Assembly (NCBI GenBank): GCA_016180425.1
Contig: JACPBF010000001.1
Span: forward strand, 76,744-140,743
DNA: 64,000 nt
Source: Elusimicrobiota bacterium
GTDB lineage: Bacteria; Elusimicrobiota; Elusimicrobia; 2-02-FULL-39-32
Direction: 5' to 3'
Shown: piece by piece, positions 55,556 through 64,000 of the stretch
Position numbering within the stretch: the stretch's first letter is position 1
Layout: each line of letters opens with the position of its first letter
Translations under genes and position numbers: made by a program
Notes under the pieces: model-generated
Told to the model about the DNA's origin: nothing
The model's database searches: none
What the model saw: only the letters and a program-made list of their open reading frames with translations

Positions 55556-57352
55556 ATGATCCAAATGAACCAAAAAGAAGAAACTGTGGAACTGCCAAAA
55601 GAGCTTTCGCACCAAGAGCTGCTTCACCGCTTAAGACACTCCTCTGCCCATGTGATGGCTCAAGCAGTGCAAGCGCTATTTCCCGGCACGCATTTAACCA
55701 TTGGCCCTCCGATTGAGGATGGCTTCTATTATGACTTTGATTCGCCTCATAGGTTTGTTCCAGAAGATTTAGAAAAAATTGAAAAAAAGATGAGGGAGAT
55801 TGTATGCAAAGATCACCCATTTTCCTGCAGCTGGCATGATAAAGAAGAAGCTAAAAAATTCTTTGAAGAACAAGGGGAAAAATTTAAACTTGAAATTCTG
55901 GATGGGATTGCAGATGAAAAAGTTTCCTACTACCATCACGATACTTTTATAGACCTTTGTGAAGGGCCGCATGTGGACTCCACAAAAAAAATTCGTTACT
56001 TTAAACTGCTTAAAATTGCCGGCTCTTATTGGAGAGGGGATGAACATAGGGAAAGACTGCAAAGAATTTATGGCACAGTCTGGACCACTAAAGAAGAGCT
56101 GGACTCCTATCTTAAAAGATTAGAAGAGGCTAAAAAAAGAGATCATCGAGAATTAGGGGAACGCTTGGATCTTTTTTCCATTCAACATGAGTCCGCTGGT
56201 TCTGGCATTATTTTCTGGCACCCTAAAGGCACATTAATTCGAGAGACTATTGAAAATGAGCTTAAGGCAACTTTAAAAGAAGCAGGATATTCCTTTGTTT
56301 ATACTCCTCATGTGGCTCGTTTAGATTTGTGGAAAACTTCAGGCCATTGGGATTACTACAGGGAAAACATGTTTCCTCCCATAGAAATTGAAAACCAGCC
56401 TTTTATCCTAAAACCCATGAACTGTCCAGGACATATTCTTATCTATAAAAACAAACTCCATTCCTATAGAGATTTGCCTATCCGCTTGGCGGAATTTGGC
56501 ACTGTCTATCGCTATGAAAGAAGCGGGGTCATGCATGGGCTATTGCGCGTGCGCGGATTTACTCAAGATGACGCGCATATCTTTTGCGCCATCGCCCAAA
56601 TTGAGGAAGAGTGTGTCCAAATTTTAAAACTCATGCTTCAAATATTAAAGAATTTTGGCTTCCATGATTATGATATTAAACTCTCAACCCGGCCAGAAAA
56701 GTTTAGCGGCACAGAAGAAAATTGGGAAAAAGCAGAGCTTGCTTTAAAAAACGCTCTCTCATCCTTAAATCTTCCTTATGAAATTGATCCGGGAGAAGGG
56801 GTTTTTTATGGACCAAAAATTGACCTTAAAATCCGGGACTGCCTCAATCGCCAATGGCAGTGTTCCACGGTGCAAGTGGATTTTAACCTGCCGCAAAAAT
56901 TTAATGTGACCTACCGGGATAGCTCTGGAAAAGAAAGCGCCTGCGTAATGGTGCATCGAGCTCTTTTAGGAAGTTTAGAACGTTTTATTGGCATTTTAAT
57001 TGAGCATTATGCTGGACTATTCCCTCTTTGGTTAAGTCCTGTGCAAGCCACAGTCCTAACCATCACAGAACAACAAATCCCCTACGCTCAAACCATAGTT
57101 AAAAAATTAAAAGAAGAAGGTTTAAGAGTGGAATCTGATGATCGTTCAGAAAAAATAAGTTATAAGATCAGGGAAGCGAGCATGCAAAAAATTCCCTATC
57201 TTTTAATTGTGGGAGAAAAAGAAAATAAAGACCAAACCGTATCTCTGCGCAAACAAGATGGAACCAATTTGGGAGTTCTAAATTTAGAACAGTTCCTGGA
57301 ACGTGTTAAAAAAGAGATAAAAGAAAGAGATTGTATGAAAATGAATTCTTAA
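55556..57352 (+). CDS. thrS: threonine--tRNA ligase
   Basis: 598 aa; HSSAH editing-domain His motif near the N-terminus, class II aaRS motifs, C-terminal anticodon-binding domain. Appears to lack the N-terminal TGS domain. Confidence 0.9.
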   Translation: MIQMNQKEETVELPKELSHQELLHRLRHSSAHVMAQAVQALFPGTHLTIGPPIEDGFYYDFDSPHRFVPEDLEKIEKKMREIVCKDHPFSCSWHDKEEAKKFFEEQGEKFKLEILDGIADEKVSYYHHDTFIDLCEGPHVDSTKKIRYFKLLKIAGSYWRGDEHRERLQRIYGTVWTTKEELDSYLKRLEEAKKRDHRELGERLDLFSIQHESAGSGIIFWHPKGTLIRETIENELKATLKEAGYSFVYTPHVARLDLWKTSGHWDYYRENMFPPIEIENQPFILKPMNCPGHILIYKNKLHSYRDLPIRLAEFGTVYRYERSGVMHGLLRVRGFTQDDAHIFCAIAQIEEECVQILKLMLQILKNFGFHDYDIKLSTRPEKFSGTEENWEKAELALKNALSSLNLPYEIDPGEGVFYGPKIDLKIRDCLNRQWQCSTVQVDFNLPQKFNVTYRDSSGKESACVMVHRALLGSLERFIGILIEHYAGLFPLWLSPVQATVLTITEQQIPYAQTIVKKLKEEGLRVESDDRSEKISYKIREASMQKIPYLLIVGEKENKDQTVSLRKQDGTNLGVLNLEQFLERVKKEIKERDCMKMNS

Positions 57353-57599
57353 GGAGCTTGAAATAAATTCTCTGACACTTTTCTATGAATCATTTAAACT
57401 TAAAATTAAGGGCAAAGACAAAAAGGGAACACTTCTACTTTGGTACAAAGATGATATTTCTAGAATTTGTCTAAAAATTAGCTTCACGATTTAATTTTGC
57501 TTATTGCTTTTTCCAGTAAAAAGATATAAAATTGTTACTCTTTTGAATTTAAAAAATAGGAGGAACTAAAAAGAATTAAGACATTTGAGGTGAAACAAA

Positions 57600-58115
57600 A
57601 TCTCTAAAAGTCTAGAACCGCGCATCAATGAAGAGATTCGCGCGCGTGAATTGAGGCTGATTGATGAAGATGGAACCCAATTGGGCATTAAATCATTAGC
57701 TGAAGCGCTTTCCTTAGCGCAAGCCCGAGGCAAAGATCTTCTAGAACTAGCGCCAAACGCAAACCCCCCAGTTGCTAAAATTGCAGATTTTTCCAAATAT
57801 CGGTATGAACGGGAAAAACGGATTAAGGAATCAAGAAAGCACCAAAAAGCGGGTTTAGTTAAAGAGATTAGGCTTCATCCTAGAATCTCGGAACATGATT
57901 TATTTACAAAAATTAATCATACCAAAGAGTTCCTGACCCACAAATTTAAAATAAAGGTTACGGTTGTGTTTAGAGGAAGAGAGATGGAACATCGGCAGCT
58001 TGGGATAGAACTGCTAAATAAATTCAAAGAAAGTTTGGATTCCAAATTCACCTTAGAACAAGAGGCTCAAATCGAAGGCAATAGAATGTCTGTTTTGATC
58101 GCTCCCAAAAGATAA
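57600..58115 (+). CDS. infC: translation initiation factor IF-3, probable non-AUG (AUC) start
   Basis: The reading frame is open from a TGA at 57591. Conserved N-terminal ...RINEEIRARELRLIDEDG lies upstream of the track TTG start (57651). GAGG at 57587-57590 sits 9 nt before ATC 57600. infC is classically initiated at a rare non-AUG codon. Confidence 0.8.
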   Translation: MSKSLEPRINEEIRARELRLIDEDGTQLGIKSLAEALSLAQARGKDLLELAPNANPPVAKIADFSKYRYEREKRIKESRKHQKAGLVKEIRLHPRISEHDLFTKINHTKEFLTHKFKIKVTVVFRGREMEHRQLGIELLNKFKESLDSKFTLEQEAQIEGNRMSVLIAPKR

Positions 58116-58120
58116 AATTT

Positions 58121-58318
58121 ATGCCAAAATTAAAAAATCACAGCGGCGCTAAAAAAAGATTCAGATTTACAGCCAATTTAAAAGTAAAATATAAAAAAGC
58201 TGGAGCAAGGCACCTTTTAGCTGGAATGTCTTCTAAAAGAGGCCGTTTCTTGCGTAAAGCCGGGTATCTTCAAAAGCAAGAGACAAATCTTATTAAAAAA
58301 ATGCTCCCTTATCATTAA
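58121..58318 (+). CDS. rpmI: 50S ribosomal protein L35
   Basis: 65 aa; MPKLKNHSGAKKRFRFTANLKVKYKKAG typical L35. Confidence 0.9.
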   Translation: MPKLKNHSGAKKRFRFTANLKVKYKKAGARHLLAGMSSKRGRFLRKAGYLQKQETNLIKKMLPYH

Positions 58319-58330
58319 TAAAGGTTCATT

Positions 58331-58681
58331 ATGCGTGTAAAAAGCGGCGTTTATACCAGACAAAGAAAAAAGAAACTTTTTCGAATCTCAAAAGGATATT
58401 ATTCCAACCGCAATAACCGTTGGAGACAAGCGCTCCAACAAGTGGAACGATCTCTGCAATATGCCTATCGAGACCGCAAAGATCGAAAAGGAGAATTTAG
58501 GTCGCTTTGGATTATCAGGCTAAACGCAGCGGCAAGGATGTTTGGTCTTTCTTATTCACAATTCGTTCAAGGTTTAAAAAAAGCGAATATTGGCTTAAAC
58601 CGTAAAATGCTGGCTGAGCTTGCTTTAAAAGATATTCCGGTTTTTGAACAAATTGCGCAAAAAGCCAAAGCAGCGCTTTAA
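58331..58681 (+). CDS. rplT: 50S ribosomal protein L20
   Basis: 116 aa; conserved L20 sequence and operon position. Confidence 0.9.
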   Translation: MRVKSGVYTRQRKKKLFRISKGYYSNRNNRWRQALQQVERSLQYAYRDRKDRKGEFRSLWIIRLNAAARMFGLSYSQFVQGLKKANIGLNRKMLAELALKDIPVFEQIAQKAKAAL

Positions 58682-58751
58682 AGTTCAAATTCACAGCGAA
58701 CTTTAAAATTTTAAAAATTTTTTCTATTAAATTAAAATATTTGGATTTAAC

Positions 58752-58788
58752 CGAATATTGCGCTTATAACAACACTGCGCAATATTCA
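58752..58788 (+). promoter_or_regulatory. perfect 11-bp inverted repeat (GAATATTGCGC-N13-GCGCAATATTC) in the rplT-pheS intergenic region
   Basis: Read from the sequence. No U-tract follows, so it looks more like an operator or RNA structure than a canonical intrinsic terminator. Confidence 0.4.
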
Positions 58789-58837
58789 GATTTCTAACTC
58801 ACATTCAATTCTAAAACTTGCCCATCCTTAAAAAAGC

Positions 58838-59872
58838 ATGGAAAAAATCTCTCGACTAAATGATCTGGAAAAAAAAGTCATTGAAACGCTTGAAAAAACC
58901 GAAGATTTAACAGCTTTAGAAGAACTCCGCAAAGAATATTTTGGAAAAAAAGGAATCTTTAGCCAAGCCCTAGAAGACCTTAAAAACCTCTCTCCTGTTG
59001 AAAAACAGCAATTTGGCAAAGCATTAAACTTAACCAAAGAAAAAATGTACCTTCTAATTAAAGAAAAAAACTCAAAATTAGAAGAGGCAAAATTTGAAAT
59101 TGCCTTAACCCAAAAAAAACCAGACTGGACATTGCCCTCTCTTCCCTTTTTTTTAGGTAAAACACATCCTTTAACTCTTGTTTTGGATGAAGTGCTGAAA
59201 ATCTTTTCAGAAATTGGATTTTCTTCAGCGCATGGACCAGAAATTGAAACAGATGAAAATAATTTTGGAGCTCTGAATATTCCAGAAGAACACCCGGCAA
59301 GAGACATGCACGATACCTTTTACATCGCGGGAGAAAAATTACTTTTACGAACCCACACCTCCCCTGTTCAAATCCGGGTCATGAAAAAACAATCCCCTCC
59401 CATTCGCATTGTTGCTCCGGGAAGAGTTTTTAGGCATGAGGCGGTTGATGCCACACATTCTGCGGTTTTCCATCAGGTGGAAGGTTTAGCTGTGGATGAA
59501 AACATCTCTTTTGCTGATCTTAAAGGCACTTTAGAATTCTTCAATAAAAAACTTTTTGGCAAAGAAATTAAGAGCCGTTTTAGACCCTCTTATTTTCCTT
59601 TTGTAGAGCCCGGCGCGGAAATAGACATTTCCTGCACTATCTGTAAATCCCAAAAATCAAATTGTCCAGTATGCAAAGGAACAGGTTGGATTGAAATGCT
59701 GGGAGCAGGCATGGTTCATCCCAATGTATTTAAAGCTGTAAACATTGACCCAAATCAATATACCGGCTTTGCCTTTGGACTTGGGATTGAAAGAATCGCA
59801 ATGTTGAAATACGGAATTAGCGAACTGCGTCTTTTTTATGAAAATCATCTGGATTTTCTTTCACAATTTTAA
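58838..59872 (+). CDS. pheS: phenylalanine--tRNA ligase alpha subunit
   Basis: 344 aa; class II motifs (FRPSYFPFVEPG..., GAGMVHPNV...), Zn-knuckle CxxC insert. Confidence 0.95.
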   Translation: MEKISRLNDLEKKVIETLEKTEDLTALEELRKEYFGKKGIFSQALEDLKNLSPVEKQQFGKALNLTKEKMYLLIKEKNSKLEEAKFEIALTQKKPDWTLPSLPFFLGKTHPLTLVLDEVLKIFSEIGFSSAHGPEIETDENNFGALNIPEEHPARDMHDTFYIAGEKLLLRTHTSPVQIRVMKKQSPPIRIVAPGRVFRHEAVDATHSAVFHQVEGLAVDENISFADLKGTLEFFNKKLFGKEIKSRFRPSYFPFVEPGAEIDISCTICKSQKSNCPVCKGTGWIEMLGAGMVHPNVFKAVNIDPNQYTGFAFGLGIERIAMLKYGISELRLFYENHLDFLSQF

Positions 59873-59892
59873 ATGACAAATCATTGTCCTTT

Positions 59893-59918
59893 AACCCGAA
59901 TATTACATTAGAAAATGA
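59893..59918 (+). repeat. 26-nt dispersed repeat AACCCGAATATTACATTAGAAAATGA (copy 2)
   Basis: Exact identity with 25305-25330; here the embedded ATG is the pheT start codon. Confidence 0.7.
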
Positions 59919-62344
59919 AAATATCCTTAAACTGGCTGGAAGAAATACTCAATCAAAAAATTAATCTTTCCTTAAAAGACCTTAAAAATCTTTTGCTAGA
60001 GCTTGGTTTTGAGGTCTCCAATAGTGAAGAATATCCTTCTTGCGCAGGCATTGTTGTAGCTGAAATTCTAAATATCCTGCCCCATCCTAATGCGGATCGC
60101 CTGAAAATTGTGTCAGTGAGAGACGACAAAGAAGTTCAAAATGTGGTTTGCGGAGCTCCTAATCTAATTAAAGGCAAAAAAGTATTTTGGGCAAAAGTAG
60201 GGGCAAAGCTCTTCAATGGAGAAAAAATCAAAGAGTCAGTGATCCGCGGGGTACAATCTCCAGGGATGCTCCTTTCTTTAAAAGAATTAGGAATTGGAGA
60301 AGATCATTCAGGGCTAACTTATCTGGAAGGCGAAGAAAAGTGTGGAACCCAAGCAGAAAAACTAATAGATTTTGAAGACACTATTCTAGATCTAGAAATA
60401 ACTCCTAACCGTCCGGATTGCCTTTCCCATGCAGGAATTGCGCGTGAGGTGGCTGCGGCGCTTGATCTAGAATTTCCTTTTGCTTCTCTTTCTTTTAAGG
60501 AAGAATCCTATCCGCCTTTTACTGTAAAAATTGAAAATGAGCTGGATTGCCCGCGCTATATCGCAAGGAAAATATGTGGAGTCCAAATTCAATCTTCTCC
60601 CTTAAAATTACAACAGCGTCTATTCCGCTGCGGGATACGTGCAATCAATAATATTGTGGACATCACTAATGCGATTCTACTAGAAATCGGGCAGCCGCTG
60701 CACGCGTTTGACGCGGATCTACTAGAAGGGGAAAAAATAGCTGTTCGCAGAGCTAAACAAAATGAAAAAATTTTAGCTTTAGATGGGAAAGAATATTCTT
60801 TGGATCCAGAAATTTTAGTGATTGCGGATGAAAAAAAAGCTGTGGCGATTGCCGGGATCATGGGGGGCGAAGATTGCGCGGTAACTAACCAAACAAAAAA
60901 CATTCTTTTGGAAAGCGCGATTTTTGAAAAACGATTGGTTCGGGCTGCAAGAAAAAAATGTGGACTTGGCTCTGAATCTTCTTATCGCTTTGAAAGAGGG
61001 GTCAGCCATTGGTCGAGTTCTATGGGGAGCTTAAAAGCAGCTCAAAAAATAAGTGAAACTACTAAAGGCAAGAACTCTCAATTCTATGACACCTGCCCAA
61101 AACCACAAGCAACAAGATCATGGACATTGAAAAGCAGCCAAATTAAAAAAATTTTGGGAGTGGAACTTCCCAATCCCGAGACAGAAAAACTTTTAAAAAG
61201 ATTGGCGATACCGGTTCAATCCTTAAACAAAGAAGAGCTTGAAGTACGCTCTCCAACTTGGCGTTTAGACCTTAGCTCTGAAATAGATTTTATTGAAGAG
61301 CTGATAAGGTTAAAAGGATATTCTACTGTCCCTTCGCAAGGAAACAAGTTCCAATTAAATTTATCTGAATCTCAAACCAGCTCTGAACTGAACCAGATTT
61401 CTGGATTTTTAAAGGACTTACGAAAAATCTTGACCTCTTTAGGTTTTTATGAATCCTATAATATTGGTTTTGTCTCAAAAAAAGATTGTGATTCTTTTGC
61501 GGAAAATCAGCTTATAAAAATTGAAAACCCCCTGGCAGAAGAACAGATGTTCTTGCGTCCCAATCTCTTAGCAGAACTTCTTAAAAATTTAAAACTAAAT
61601 CTATCTTACCAAAAAAAAGATCTGAGATTTTTTGAAATTGGAAAGGTATTTCAAAAATCTAATGGAGAGATAAAAGAAAGACTGCATCTAGCTGGAATTG
61701 CTTGCGGCAAGAGCCAGCATGCTTGGTGGAAATCAAAATCCAATGAGACCATTGACTTTTTCTGGATCAAAGGTGTTTTAGAAAATTTAAACGCTCTTTT
61801 CAATGGACAGATTCAAATGAAAGAGACAGGGTTAGAAAAAAATGAAGAAACCTCTTTTTTTACTCAAGGTTCCCTGCATCCCTCTTTTTCTTTTAATTTG
61901 AATCTTAGCAAGCCCTTTGAAAAAATTGGCATTCTTGGGATGATACACCCAAAAAATTTGAAAGAACTTGGCTCTGAAAACCAAGTAGCTCTTTTTGAAA
62001 TTGATTTAGAAACGCTCTTAGGCGCATTTAAATCCGACAAAAAAATATTGACAGTTCTTCGCACCCCGGCGATTAAAAGAGATTGCTCAATCTGGATCAA
62101 TGAAAAAATATTGTGGGAGGAGATTAAAGAAGAGATCAAAAATTCAGGCGGCGAACTGCTGGAAACACTCATTCCTTTTGATATTTATACGGACCCTAAA
62201 TTCCCTGACCAGAAAAGCATTAGCTTTACTTTAACTTTTAGGCGCCCCCAAGAAACCCTCAAAGATGAAACTGCCAATATTTTAAGAGAAAAAATAGTTG
62301 AACGGCTTAAACTAAAATTTGGAGCTTCTTTAAGGACAAAATGA
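59915..62344 (+). CDS. pheT: phenylalanine--tRNA ligase beta subunit
   Basis: 809 aa; tRNA-binding N-terminal domain, B3/B4, B5 and FDX-ACB C-terminal domains. Confidence 0.95.
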   Translation: MKISLNWLEEILNQKINLSLKDLKNLLLELGFEVSNSEEYPSCAGIVVAEILNILPHPNADRLKIVSVRDDKEVQNVVCGAPNLIKGKKVFWAKVGAKLFNGEKIKESVIRGVQSPGMLLSLKELGIGEDHSGLTYLEGEEKCGTQAEKLIDFEDTILDLEITPNRPDCLSHAGIAREVAAALDLEFPFASLSFKEESYPPFTVKIENELDCPRYIARKICGVQIQSSPLKLQQRLFRCGIRAINNIVDITNAILLEIGQPLHAFDADLLEGEKIAVRRAKQNEKILALDGKEYSLDPEILVIADEKKAVAIAGIMGGEDCAVTNQTKNILLESAIFEKRLVRAARKKCGLGSESSYRFERGVSHWSSSMGSLKAAQKISETTKGKNSQFYDTCPKPQATRSWTLKSSQIKKILGVELPNPETEKLLKRLAIPVQSLNKEELEVRSPTWRLDLSSEIDFIEELIRLKGYSTVPSQGNKFQLNLSESQTSSELNQISGFLKDLRKILTSLGFYESYNIGFVSKKDCDSFAENQLIKIENPLAEEQMFLRPNLLAELLKNLKLNLSYQKKDLRFFEIGKVFQKSNGEIKERLHLAGIACGKSQHAWWKSKSNETIDFFWIKGVLENLNALFNGQIQMKETGLEKNEETSFFTQGSLHPSFSFNLNLSKPFEKIGILGMIHPKNLKELGSENQVALFEIDLETLLGAFKSDKKILTVLRTPAIKRDCSIWINEKILWEEIKEEIKNSGGELLETLIPFDIYTDPKFPDQKSISFTLTFRRPQETLKDETANILREKIVERLKLKFGASLRTK

Positions 62345-62386
62345 AGCTAAGATGTCTCTTATTTAATAATCCTGTTAGGAAAAGTT

Positions 62387-62647
62387 TTGGAAGTTTCTGT
62401 GCATAAAATAGAAATCATAGAAGAAAAAGTAAAAACAGCTGTTAAACTTATTGAAAAGCTCCGGGATGAAAATGTTAAAATTAAAGAAAATATTAATAAA
62501 CTTATTAAAGAAAATGAATTCCTGCAAACAGAAAATAAAGATGTCAGAAAAATTGTGCTAGAGCTCTCCAATCTCAAAGAAGAGCGGGCTCTGATCAAAC
62601 AAAAATTAGAAAAACTTGTCCAACGCTATCACAAAATGAAGCTGTAA
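62387..62647 (+). CDS. coiled-coil protein, ZapB-like
   Basis: 86 aa; continuous heptad coiled coil with a ZapB-like N-terminus (VHKIEIIEEKVKTAVKLIEKLRDEN...). Directly precedes zapA. Confidence 0.5.
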   Translation: MEVSVHKIEIIEEKVKTAVKLIEKLRDENVKIKENINKLIKENEFLQTENKDVRKIVLELSNLKEERALIKQKLEKLVQRYHKMKL

Positions 62648-62648
62648 A

Positions 62649-62951
62649 ATGATTGAAGAAAAAATTCCAGTTATAATCCTTGGCCAAACCTATGAAATCT
62701 TAGGCAACCCTTCAGACGCTCTTTACTACAATTCCCTGGCTAGGTATATTGAAGAAAAAATGAAAGAGATCCAGCAGATGACCCATATTGTCTCTACCCA
62801 AAAAATAGCGGTTTTAGCGGCTTTAAACATTGCAGATGAGCTATTCCAAGACCGGGAAAATAAATCCAGTTCAAGTAACTCCCAAGAAAAAAAGCAAGAA
62901 GATCTAATTAAACTCTTAGAGCAAACCTTAAAAGAAACCACAGTTGAATAA
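62649..62951 (+). CDS. zapA: cell division protein ZapA
   Basis: 100 aa; VIILGQTYEILGNPSDALYYNSLARYIEEKMKEI matches the ZapA N-terminal beta/helix pattern. Confidence 0.7.
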   Translation: MIEEKIPVIILGQTYEILGNPSDALYYNSLARYIEEKMKEIQQMTHIVSTQKIAVLAALNIADELFQDRENKSSSSNSQEKKQEDLIKLLEQTLKETTVE

Positions 62952-63002
62952 CTATTAAGTAGTTTCAAAAAGATTTATTTTAGATCGTGTGAGTTAAATT
63001 TA

Positions 63003-64000
63003 ATGGAACCTTTGAATCTATTTTCATCAAAAGAAAAACTAAAAATAGAGTTTCACCCTCTCAGCTACCTCTGTTCTCCCGCAACTTTAGATGAATTCTT
63101 TGGTCAAGAACAACTCTTGGGTTCAGGAAAACTCTTGCGAAGACTCATTGAATCAGACCGCATTTTTTCCAGCATCTTTTTTGGCCCTCCAGGCACAGGC
63201 AAAAGCGCTCTAGCCAGACTGATTGCGCTCAAAACTCAAAGCTTCTTTGTAGAGATGAACGCGGTGACTACAGGGGTAGGAGAACTAAAAAAAATAATTG
63301 AATCTGCAAAAATACGTTTGCAAACTCAATCTCAAAAAACGATCCTGCTGATAGATGAAATCCACCATTTTAACCGCTCTCAGCAGGATGCTCTTTTACC
63401 GGATGTGGAGCGTGGGACGATTACCTTAATTGGAATTACAACTGAAAATCCCAATTTTTATGTAAACTCTGCCCTTCGTTCCAGGTCCCGTTGTTTTGAA
63501 TTTTTTCCCTTAAAAGAAAATGATTTAGAAAAAATCTTAGATCGCGGCCTAAATAAAATGGAAACCATTTTAAAAAAAAAGATAAAAATCGAGGATCAGG
63601 CTAAAACCCTTCTTTTAGAAAGGTCTTCTGGAGATGCAAGGATTCTCCTAAACGCTTTAGAAATTGGCGCAAAGTCCGCTCCTTTTGAAGGAGATGGAAT
63701 CCTCTGCTTCACCTTAAAAATAGCTGAAGAATCCCTGCAAACTAGAGGTCTCGCCTATGATAAAAAAGGGGATGAGCATTACGATACTATTTCAGCTTTT
63801 ATAAAAGCGATGCGGGGAGGTGACCCGGATGCCAGCCTATACTGGATGGCAAAAATGTTGGAAGGAGGTGAGGATCCCAGATTTATTGCCAGAAGAATCT
63901 TAATTTGCGCTTCAGAAGATGTGGGCAATGCGGACCCTCTTGCTCTCACTTTAGCTTTAAGCGCTTTCCAAGCCCTGGAATTTTTAGGGATGCCAGAGGC
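63003..64000 (+). CDS. rarA: replication-associated recombination protein A (RarA/MgsA AAA ATPase), 3'-partial
   Basis: Not in the ORF track because it runs off the window. ATG 63003; FFGPPGTGKSALARLIAL Walker A, LLIDEIHHFNRSQQDALLP Walker B/sensor, MgsA lid-domain sequence. Confidence 0.85.
   Translation, partial: MEPLNLFSSKEKLKIEFHPLSYLCSPATLDEFFGQEQLLGSGKLLRRLIESDRIFSSIFFGPPGTGKSALARLIALKTQSFFVEMNAVTTGVGELKKIIESAKIRLQTQSQKTILLIDEIHHFNRSQQDALLPDVERGTITLIGITTENPNFYVNSALRSRSRCFEFFPLKENDLEKILDRGLNKMETILKKKIKIEDQAKTLLLERSSGDARILLNALEIGAKSAPFEGDGILCFTLKIAEESLQTRGLAYDKKGDEHYDTISAFIKAMRGGDPDASLYWMAKMLEGGEDPRFIARRILICASEDVGNADPLALTLALSAFQALEFLGMPE

Noticed and set aside
58682-58837. pheS leader-peptide attenuator (as in E. 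coli pheM)
   Set aside because: No short ORF with consecutive Phe codons is present. The only small ORF (TTG-initiated, 18 codons) is not Phe-rich. The palindrome is reported instead.
630-62968. Numerous 60-160 aa ORFs from the six-frame track lying antisense to, or nested within, the well-supported genes
   Set aside because: All lie entirely inside, antisense to, or out of frame with strongly supported genes. Their low-complexity AT-rich codon composition is typical of shadow ORFs. None has a recognisable motif.

Examples: 630-827, 1099-1539, 2811-3059, 8845-9328, 13766-13963, 17293-17680, 18370-18747, 19328-20460, 23730-24839, 27041-27762, 31926-32173, 35843-36398, 40305-41179, 43341-43568, 44387-45257, 53648-54445, 55434-56062, 58828-59307, 60187-61009, 61864-62172, 62359-62598, 62726-62968.

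Overview
AT-rich bacterial chromosomal segment, densely coding and mostly on the + strand. No CRISPR array, rRNA gene, integrase or transposase was recognised.

Housekeeping backbone:
- hprK-rapZ-PTS EIIA, a GH57 glucan enzyme, then ptsH-ptsI.
- lepA-lepB.
- hrcA (with CIRCE operator)-grpE-dnaK-dnaJ-rsmE.
- thrS-infC-rpmI-rplT-pheS-pheT-zapB-like-zapA-rarA (rarA partial at the 3' end).

Accessory content:
1. 9.6-15.5 kb: a Dpm1/GtrB-like GT2 flanked by two large GT-C-type membrane proteins, one fused to C-terminal TPR repeats (TMTC-like).
2. 21.2-27.5 kb: a B12-binding radical SAM gene plus a ferredoxin-like gene, cstA, and a carbamoyltransferase / SxtJ-like / DUF5989-like cassette.
3. 28.8-33.5 kb: a mosaic segment bounded by two inverted tRNA-Val(GAC) genes. 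It holds a 3'-truncated SGNH gene, a ~1 kb GC-rich foreign block with nested repeats and a gene fragment, a diverged duplicate of the 3' end of the carbamoyltransferase gene, a TylF-type methyltransferase and an intact SGNH paralog. An orphan AAA ATPase with a consensus promoter sits at its left edge.
4. 33.6-55.5 kb: a ~22 kb surface-glycan locus. It has an initiating phosphoglycosyltransferase, six or seven glycosyltransferases, two Wzy_C-family proteins, a Wzz-like protein, three FkbM and (in the mosaic segment) one TylF methyltransferase, a B12-radical SAM enzyme, a formyltransferase, a polysaccharide deacetylase, an MBOAT/SGNH pair, an epimerase and a nucleotidyltransferase.

Several short sequence motifs recur in 5' leaders of unrelated accessory genes. 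All calls rest on reading the translated ORFs and the raw sequence; no database search was run.
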